9,761 bases of DNA from Trichoplax adhaerens. Lineage: Eukaryota; Animalia; Placozoa. The stretch lies in NCBI RefSeq assembly GCF_000150275.1, contig NW_002060943.1:12935665-12945425 (forward strand), in the 5' to 3' direction. The position numbers were made by a program, and so were the translations under genes. Shown in pieces: positions 1 through 7,901 of this stretch (position 1 is the stretch's first letter; the number at the start of each line of letters is the position of its first letter). The notes under the pieces were generated by a model that worked only from the letters and a program-made list of their open reading frames with translations, did not search any database and was not told the origin of the DNA.

Positions 1-377
1 TAATCGCTTATCAAAAAAATTTATATGACTACTACGACTACTTTTCTGACATTAGTACCGCTTAGTATTCGCGAGTATTGACAGTTGATGTTTTAGCGTC
101 AGATTGTACTGTAACTGTACGAGTATAGACTACCTTACAGTACTTTATCGTCATGTTATAAATCCCCTTTCTCTAAGGATAGGGTTTTGCTACTAAGTCA
201 AATTTCTTTACAATTTGAATAGACGATGAAACGCCCTTTCTTTAGATTAGGCATTTGCTCTATAGGGCTACTTCTATAGTAATCTATATAATACCTTGTA
301 AAATAATGAAGAAGAAAAGATGGCGACATGATGATTTGGCAGGGTAAAACTTAAAGACACTATCACTTTCTAGGAAT

Positions 378-453
378 TTTGTGTAGTAAAATAATACTAA
401 TTACATACTAAAAACTACAAAGGACTCTACTTTTAGTCCTTTTACTACATAAA
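378..453. repeat. Short inverted repeat (MITE-like or hairpin)
   Basis: TGTAGTAAAA (382-391) and TTTTACTACA (440-449) form a perfect 10-bp IR that extends to 14 bp with one mismatch. An alternative internal IR is aaaggact (419-426) / agtccttt (435-442). Confidence 0.4.
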
Positions 454-1492
454 CATAGTAATTAACATAGAATCATAAAGCAGATATCCTTTGTAGATAA
501 AGACATTTTCTTGTTATTTTTTGGAGATGCATTATTCGTGACGCTAAGCCATCAACAGCTTGCACAATATAGAGTTTTATGTTAACATCTTAACTGCATA
601 AAATTGATTTTATTGCTGCAAAGCGTAGCCTTTCTATTTGTTATTCTTAATAATTTATGCCTTCGCTACTGATGAATTCTATTTCGATAATCTATTGCCT
701 CTTGCTACATAGCCTTCATTAACATAAATGGATTCCAAGATTTTACTATTATCTGTCTGTCTATACTCCACAATTAATTTATAGATCAAACTTTTCTTCA
801 GCAAAGTTCGTCGATTTCCTTTAACATTTATGATGCATGTTGATTTTCATGAACTGATCAGTTAGTGGCCATTGACTAAATAAGCTAGGATTTAAAATAT
901 CTAGTATCTGATATTACGCTAGCATCGCAAATGCTGCAGGATAGAGTGTTTTTAGATCGCTTATTAGAAATATGTAGCGCTTCTTCTTACTGTAACAGAT
1001 AATTTCAGTTAAAAATGTCTCGCCTACGATAGTCACATTAAATCATACCAAATTTATTAGCAAAGGTAACAGTTTGATTACTGTAGAGCAAACGATCAAT
1101 TTGTTTAAAGGAAACTTAAGAACTTCTTACTACTTATAATATTTCACGGATTATTCAGAATTTGTATCCTGGTAATCTGTAGTTATTGCAGAGCTTGAAA
1201 AACTTAGGTTAAATTTAATTTTACAACATAAAAATAAAAATTATTACAAAGAATATTATTATTAATTACGATTTCACTCTTTGCAGTAAACATGCCATAC
1301 GCCTCGTACGCGTAGAACAATTGTTAGTATGTTTTTGTAGAAATCCTAATCTTGCTAGAGTAAGCTAACATCAAAACTATTCAGAACAATAACTGAAGAA
1401 CTAATCTAATATTACTGATACTTTACGCATAGATAGCGTTAGTATTTATAGATTTCTGATCTAATAAAAAGACAGGTTAGACGTGTTATTTA

Positions 1493-2853
1493 CTACAACG
1501 AAATATATTTTTTAAATTCATATATTACTGCGGCTCTGATTTGTTTATCAAATTTTATGTAAATTAGTGGATTGAGAAAGTGTATCGATAACACGAGACC
1601 TGCTTATCAAAACATTTATTACAAACAGATAAATATTGTCAGGTGAAAAGTGAATGACAGAATACTGATATAGCAGATATAAAGTTAGTTACAAAATGGG
1701 GGAAGCTTATGAGTATATAATAGAAGGTTATATAAATTAACATTCTAATGAATTTTCTTCTCTTTGTAAAGTCTTCATTGAGCTGTTCTGATGTCCAAAA
1801 GCCAGGTCGAACATAATCCTTCAGATAAATTACAATCCTTGCATAATACAAGACAATCACTGCAGTTGATATTACGTATGAAATAACCGACCAATGAATC
1901 AGATATACTGATTCATTAAGCCTATTTTTTGGAACATCACATATTGTAGGAAAATCTGGGAAAGAAGACAAATACATTAACATTGGAGATGTTGCAGATA
2001 TTGATAATAGCCAAATGAGAATTTCAGTTATAATTAGAAATTTTCGTTTATGATTTCGATAAAATGGCGACAACAGTCTTACAACAACAAAATAAAGATC
2101 TACAGCAACCAATGCTAAATTCATGATGGAAATTGCATGTGATGTAAATAATATCGATATACCGACACGACATAGACTAGAATTCCCGGCGAAATCTAAT
2201 GTACCAAAGGTAAAAATATTAAATATACTCATGGCTGTACTTGCTGAGATAGTATCTGTTACGGAGCAAAGCACCGTACTTGCTAATTAAATAGATTTTG
2301 TCAGTATTTAGCTAATGGATCATATTGGTAAGCGATAATTGAAAATAAGAATATTAATGTCTAGATTGCTAGACGACAAAAGGCATAATTGTATTTGCAA
2401 ATAATTAGTAGAGCCTATATACAGCAGATATTAATAATGGCGACACGTTAGCACCCGCTTGAGTTCCTTATTAGATCGTGTACGAGAAGGTACTCGGCTA
2501 CTCTACTAATAAAAACTATACTAATCTTTTAGAACAGTCTTATCCCTGTGTGACCGAAAGTAGTAAAGAACTACCATACAGTAGATCTCCAGGTGTAGTG
2601 GAGCAAGGCGTAAGTAATCTATTAATTTAGTGTAGTAGTTCGCAACATAAGTTTGTGACAGAATCTGATATAAATGACTTTCAAATCAAGCGATAGGTTG
2701 TCTTTTGGAATCTTTTGTCATTGACTAGTACTTTAAGTATGAATATATCGAATATTAATCCAGTTACGTGTGTCGGAATAAAAATCGCCGCAGCGTAGTA
2801 ATAAATCTCTTTAAAAGGCGGTGGAAATACGTTTGTCGAATTGGGATATTTAT
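1493..2853 (-). pseudogene. Class A GPCR pseudogene, paralog of 7902-8861
   Basis: Colinear with the intact copy from the start region to NPLIYIKFDKQIR and a TAG at 1493-1495. Lesions relative to the paralog: ATG->ATA at 2851-2853 plus a 1-nt deletion just after it; CGA->TGA at 2681-2683; a 404-bp insertion at 2257-2660; DRY->DLY; a net 2-nt deletion near 1660-1670; a 1-nt insertion near 1601. ORFs 1639-2274 and 2681-2989 are fragments of this gene. Confidence 0.93.
2257..2660 (+). mobile_element. Solo LTR of an LTR retrotransposon (404 bp) inserted in the GPCR pseudogene
   Basis: Absent from the paralog, whose empty site reads gagata-gtatc-tgatataa. Ends are TGTTAC...GTGACA (TG..CA, with a 5/6 terminal inverted match). 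Flanked by gtatc (2252-2256) and gaatc (2661-2665), a 5-bp TSD with one mismatch. Internal TATATA (2416-2421) precedes AATAAA (2508-2513) on the + strand. No coding remnant seen. Confidence 0.85.
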
Positions 2854-3569
2854 TTCGTCGGTAATGAAAACAATAGGTTGAGAGATAGTTGCTATATTTG
2901 CTGACTAGATAATACCTGGTTTGAAATAAATTTTCGAATAAAAATCTGAATGTAATTACCGAACAGAAGAGAAAAAGTATAACCAGCACCTGGACTTATC
3001 TTAGATAATTACGTATGATATAAAGAGTTGGTACTGCTACTCAATAAAGGAAAATACGTGTAATAATTAATTTACCTTATAATTCTACTATAAAGTATAT
3101 CACTTCCTGTACTGTATAATATGCTGGAATCTTTAAGCTATTCAATAGGGCTTAGAATGATAAAGGAGATAGAAGTACAGTAAAAATTAATTGTCTTTCG
3201 TCGTTATTCAACGCAACTTTTTCCGAAATTAACAGTCGAAATAACGATTGTTGACTTTTTGTTTTATAAAAATAGCCCTTACAATTCACTTTCTTGCATA
3301 TTATTTCAGAAGCAAATTAGGTGCTATAGTACTGTAGTTATATCTATAACAATATTTGGGACCTAGAAGATCTAAAAGTTTAAGAAACAACTATGGACTA
3401 ATATGGCTATTAAATATTTAATCGAATATAATATTCTGCCAAGCACTAAATCTTACTTCTTCACTTAAAATTGACAAATTTTTTAAGAATAAGAAATACT
3501 TGATAATACATTTCCTATTTCGAAGGCTAAATTAGCTAAACTCACTTCGAAAACAATAAAATCCGATTA

Positions 3570-3827
3570 TTATATTTTGTTATACTGTGTAACAACGTGA
3601 CAACAATGATCATCTAGGGCTGATCATAAAATTTAGAGTGACTTTTCGTATATAGAAATAGCTTCTTCAAGTTTGCCTGGCTCACTATACACAGTATCAA
3701 TGTAATTAAGTGATTACACAATGTAAGAGTAATTGTGAATTGTGAACAAATATTGATAATTGAATATTGGGCGACTTCTTAATTAAAATAAGCAGACTTT
3801 ATATATTTGCCTTGACAAACAATAGAC
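3570..3827 (-). pseudogene. Degenerate fragment of about two 42-aa TPR repeats (kinesin light chain / nephrocystin-3-like TPR type)
   Basis: Minus-strand translation across frameshifts: VYC..QGKYIKS...KKSPNIQLSIFVHN/YSYIV*SLNYIDTVYSEPGKLEEAISIYEKSL*IL*SALDDHCCHVVTQYNKI*. This follows the pattern VYxxQGKYEEAxSMYEKSLxIxLSxLGxNHPxxAxSYNNIG. It contains in-frame stops and a frameshifting 7-bp tandem duplication (aattgtg x2, 3731-3744). Confidence 0.8.
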
Positions 3828-4150
3828 TAAGAAATTGGAAAGAAATTTTACTGAATATTATCTAACATTGACGACTATCAAATATTGCACCTATATTAAA
3901 AATTAATCATTGATACAGGTCATAATTATTTCATAACAAAATTAAATCCGCGTAACAAAGAAAATTATAAAAACTACTCTATACAATGTATATGAACGAG
4001 GCCGGATGTGAAATTGGTCATTTTGCAAAATGCCTTGTATAATACAATTATGGTAGATAGCACTATTTCTTAAACAGAAATACGTGTTTTATGCTTATTT
4101 TGATTCCTATCACGACTGCAACTTAAACTAAAAATCTCCTTTATTTTCGC

Positions 4151-4411
4151 ATTACCAACGAGTAATAACAAATAACAAATTGCCAACGAGTAACTTAATG
4201 ACTTATTTTTAAGATAAGCAGAAGTCCCCCTTTTTTCTCTATAATATCTCCTTTTTATCCATTACAGTTAATACATTAATACTCTATATTTGTAGGTTAA
4301 TTTAATAAAACCACGACAACAGTAAATATGTTTTTAAACATAATCTCACGACCGTAATTATCCCTAAAATGGTAAACAATTGAACATAACCAGTAATAAT
4401 CCCTAATATGG
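4151..4411. repeat. Pairs of short degenerate direct repeats
   Basis: att(a/g)ccaacgagtaa at 4151-4165 and 4179-4193; gtaat(t/a)atccctaa(a/t)atgg at 4354-4372 and 4393-4411. Confidence 0.6.
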
Positions 4412-4896
4412 AAATCAAAGCAAACCCTTCCAGGTTTCAACAGTTAGTATCACGGTATAGACCAACATGAAGAATTGAATGAATTAATTCAGGAAATTTA
4501 CTATGTATAATAACTTATACGCGTATATGGCGATTATAATTAGATACTGTACTTACAGTAGGGACTACTGAAGTTATAATGTGTTACAGTAAATTACTAT
4601 ACGAGTATGCTGTACTGTAATAAAATTCTTATATAGGAATTGAATACAGTACAAGTTTTTGTGGCTGAAATTCTGACTAATATCGATAAGTATCGATGTA
4701 AAATGATTCATCTATATGTTAAATGCTGCCAAACGATACACAAGCTCGGCAGATACTTAGAAAATGTTAGTTTTCTAGCTGTATAACATACAAGCTAAGT
4801 CATTTAGGTTCTTGACGAGTAGTCAAGAGCTACTGAATTCCTTAGGCTGTGGAAATTTTAAGCTCCAAATTTGTTAAGCTTATCTATCAAAGTTGA

Positions 4897-6024
4897 CTAA
4901 CATTCTTCAGAAGATGTTTTATACTGTTGAATTAGATCCATAAGCGATCTATATATTAATGGTTTATACATCAAAGTTCTTCGTCTACTTAATCCAAGAG
5001 CTCCGTATCTGCCTGAGTAATGGATTCCTAAAACAACATGTCTGACGTTGATAAACAGGAAAGTTAATGATTAAGTTAGTTCTTAAAATTCGTCAGTTAC
5101 AAGCAGCGATTAAATCAGAAAAATTATTCGAAAAGTAATACCTGTGATGATGAGAATTAAAACATGATTTAATAGATATAGGAAAGCGATCAAGGCCTTC
5201 TAAGCCACACGTAAAATAGCTGCAATGAAAAAACAACGTAAGATGTAGATGTAGAGATAAATAAATATACGAATAAGTACATAATATTCTCCTATTTAGT
5301 TTTGCATGTGAATTTTATAAACTATTAAAACTTACATGGAAAGAATTACTGCCTCTAAGCATTTAATTGGTAGCGATTCTTTAATCATATCTTTTGCAAT
5401 CTCCATCAGTCTGTCAAAATGAGTAAAACATAAATCATAGCTTTGCATCCAGTTTCATTTCTTAAAATCGAAGTATGTAAATAAATTTCATCCTAAATTC
5501 AAAGTCTGATTATTACCCTGACATCGGTCTACTCTTCTTAATTTCGAAAAATTGTAAACCAGTAAAGTTGTAACTATTAAAACAAATATCATTTCATCAT
5601 GTTTAAGTCCAAGTAAGTATTAAGCTAAAGATTGGCTATACTGTACGAGATGCCAACAAGATCTTTACTGAAGATCAGAGATAGAATTTTGAATACAAAT
5701 AATTCGCTCCTCTGTTATCATTCCCGGTGTAATTGTGGGTGCTATCCGGACAAGAACCTGATGTATATTAATTTATATGAAATTACACTTTTCTACACGT
5801 ATTAAAGCTTCACGATAGTTTTAAATCATCTTTCAAAAGGCTAAGTATATTTTAAATTCTACTTTTGATAGAGATCGGTTTCCTCGGATTTGATTTTCAG
5901 CCTCTTCACCTTCTACTGAATGATGACGCTTGGTGTGCTTCCATAATTTGTGCCAATATTCCTGCTGTATAGTAAATGCACCGCGATTAATATAAAAATT
6001 AACGTCTTCGTCGTCACTTTCCAT
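4897..6024 (-). CDS. VASH: Vasohibin family protein (tubulin tyrosine carboxypeptidase homolog), six exons, 201 aa as read; possibly 3'-truncated
   Basis: Exons on the minus strand: 6024-5863, 5757-5669, 5573-5517, 5410-5336, 5219-5142, 5041-4897. All five introns are GT-AG, 95-116 nt, with compatible phases (0,2,2,2,2). Spliced protein: MESDDEDVNFYINRGAFTIQQEYWHKLWKHTKRHHSVEGEEAENQIRGNRSLSKVLVRIAPTITPGMITEERIICIQNSISDLHYNFTGLQFFEIKKSRPMSGLMEIAKDMIKESLPIKCLEAVILSIYFTCGLEGLDRFPISIKSCFNSHHHRHVVLGIHYSGRYGALGLSRRRTLMYKPLIYRSLMDLIQQYKTSSEEC*. It matches vasohibin motifs FxNRG, WxxxWKH, QFFEIKKSRP, LPIKCLEAVIL, RFPIS, RHxVLG, GRYGALGxSRR and LMYKP. The 3' end and a possible extra 5' exon are uncertain. 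Confidence 0.92.
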
Positions 6025-7499
6025 CGAAAACTTATGCCCTAAATAAAGCAAAAGTGTAATATCGTATCTATGACTGCTCTTACTATGTCCAGACACGAAA
6101 TTACAGTGTTTAAATTGGACAATGAATTCTTATAGCTTATTTAATAGAAAATTAAACTACCTATCTTTCGTTATCGTAAAAGTAACATTTAGAATGATCT
6201 TATTACTATTAAATCACAGTATTCACTTATGCAAAATTTAGGCTTTAAACATGAAGTTATTCGAGCACTTTAGTATTGAAAGGTCATGATGAAGATTTAG
6301 GCTGTTTAAAGAATTATTACATCCGCTATTTCTTTTTGTATAACATTATTTATTTTATTTCATGATCAGAAATGGATGTTAAGTTTATGAATAAGATTTT
6401 GTTTCGAACTTTTAGAAGTATTAACTACTACTTTAGGAATTGTTATAGTTAGTAATAAACTAAGTTATTATGATGTTATGATGATATAGTAATATGTTAC
6501 AAGCAAGTATCGAGAGCAAAGGAGCTTGACAGGGCTTACTGTCGAAATAGATTTACATATGAAACTGTTTATTACCTCGAATATCCGTATTCGATAATTC
6601 AATCGTAATAACATGTTTGTTGTTGAATGTTGATAGCATAGTAAATATATTTATAACTGCTGAAAGAGTAAATAAGAAGGACTGTGAACAATAGAAAGTG
6701 AATCAGGTTAAGGCTAAGTTGGGTGATAGTTTTATACCGCATATTGTGTTGAGCGAGCTAGTTCTTCTTAAGGATTCCGATTACTATACCGTAGATTAGG
6801 GAAGTAGTTGTGCGGATTAAAGTAAAGTTTATTATAAACGCTGTGTTTTATTCTTGTGTCGCAAGGGTAGTTGTGGCACATATATTTTATTGAAGCTAAA
6901 ATTATTTCTTCTACAATATAACAATAAATATAGAATCTAAAAGCAAACATTATTGGTAGATCAAGGTTTATCATATTATTTTTTGAAGCACATTATGCTT
7001 TTCGTTAAACTATCAGTAGCCTGTATTATATAGAGTATTGTGTTGAAATTTCTCAGGCATTAAGTTTATTCAATTGCTCTTATTAATTANTGCCTTCGCT
7101 ATTGATAAATTCTATATCGATAACTTATTTCCCCAACTCTTACATAACCTTTACTAACATAAATAGATTGCATGACTTTGCTATTGTCTATCGATACGCG
7201 ATTATTGATTTGTGCTTCAAAGTTTTCTTTGTTTAGGTCCCTCAAACGACATCAACATTTATGATGCACGTTAATTTGCATGAACTTTGCACATGGTCAT
7301 AATGACTAAATATGTAAGGATTTAATATCGAGTTCTGATATTATTCTGTTATCATAATATTTACAGGATAGAGTATTTTTAGATCATTTACAACGAATAT
7401 TTAGCACTTATCTAGCTGCGGTATGTACTTTCCATTTAATAAATGCCTTGATTACGATAAATATATTAAATAACGCGAAATTTATATTTTTTATTCTAA

Positions 7500-7505
7500 T
7501 TTATT
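7500..7505 (-). promoter_or_regulatory. Candidate polyadenylation signal (AATAAA) of the intact GPCR
   Basis: Lies ~400 nt downstream of the stop, inside a block conserved with copy A, which has the same hexamer at 1053-1058. AATAAA is common in AT-rich DNA, so the call is tentative. Confidence 0.35.
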
Positions 7506-7858
7506 AGCAAGGATAACAGTTTGATTATTACAAAGTAAATAGTCAGTTCAGTTACAATAAACTTGAGAACTTGTTATTAATTACGGCACTTTATGGACTA
7601 TTGAAAACATTGTATGCAAGTAAATTTTAGGTATTGCACAAGATGAAAACTTAAGTTAAGGACTGATTTCATAACTTAAAGTTGCAGCCAAGGATATTAC
7701 TACTTGCAGTTTCGCCGTTCTATATCAAATAGGGTATACGGCTTGTATAAGAAATGTAGGAATAGTAACTTTGTTAACGTTAGCGGACACCAAACGATTC
7801 AGACCAAATAGTAATGATCTAATCTAATATTACCGATATATGATGCATAGATAGCGAG

Positions 7859-7874
7859 TATATATATATATATA
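7859..7874. repeat. (TA)8 microsatellite just 3' of the GPCR stop codon
   Basis: Direct reading; the paralogous position (~1443-1450) has only tatttata. Confidence 0.85.
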
Positions 7875-7901
7875 TTGCTGGTAAAATAAAGATTAGATGT
7901 A

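Larger units (their letters stand above)
440..3010 (+). repeat. Local segmental duplication, copy A (GPCR plus flanks; includes the solo LTR)
   Basis: Colinear shared blocks with 6905-9020, for example tgccttcgcta(c/t)tgat, aacatttatgatgca, caggatagagt..tttagatc, aatttattagcaa..taacagtttgatta, gcatagatagcg, tgactagataa, taaattttcgaata. Boundaries are approximate. Confidence 0.88.

Noticed and set aside
306-349. Possible + strand first exon (MKKKRWRHDDLAG|gtaaaa) or YY1-like AAGATGGCG site
   Set aside because: No downstream exon or other support identified.
1639-2274. 211-aa ORF as a standalone gene
   Set aside because: Begins at a GTG inside the solo LTR and ends after a frameshift; it is a fragment of the GPCR pseudogene.
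2681-2989. 102-aa ORF as a standalone gene
   Set aside because: GTG start in 5' flank reading into the pseudogene N-terminus and ending at the CGA->TGA nonsense codon.
4151-4411. CRISPR-like array
   Set aside because: Only pairs of unrelated short repeats, and the context is eukaryotic.
4705-4780. Possible VASH final exon reading SRKLTFSKYLPSLCIVWQHLTYR*
   Set aside because: Phase-compatible acceptor and a faint IxWxH resemblance, but it lacks WHxLKKVKxG; too weak to call.
4807-4831. Hairpin TCTTGAC-gagta-GTCAAGA as a terminator or ncRNA
   Set aside because: A 7-bp stem is within chance expectation and no RNA family features are present.
5833-6096. 87-aa ORF as a complete protein
   Set aside because: Only 6024-5863 is VASH exon 1; the remainder is upstream or intronic read-through.
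6768-6974. 68-aa minus-strand ORF
   Set aside because: Composition typical of AT-rich non-coding DNA, no family resemblance, and it straddles the duplication boundary.
7090-7090. Ambiguous base n
   Set aside because: Assembly ambiguity in non-coding DNA with no biological meaning.
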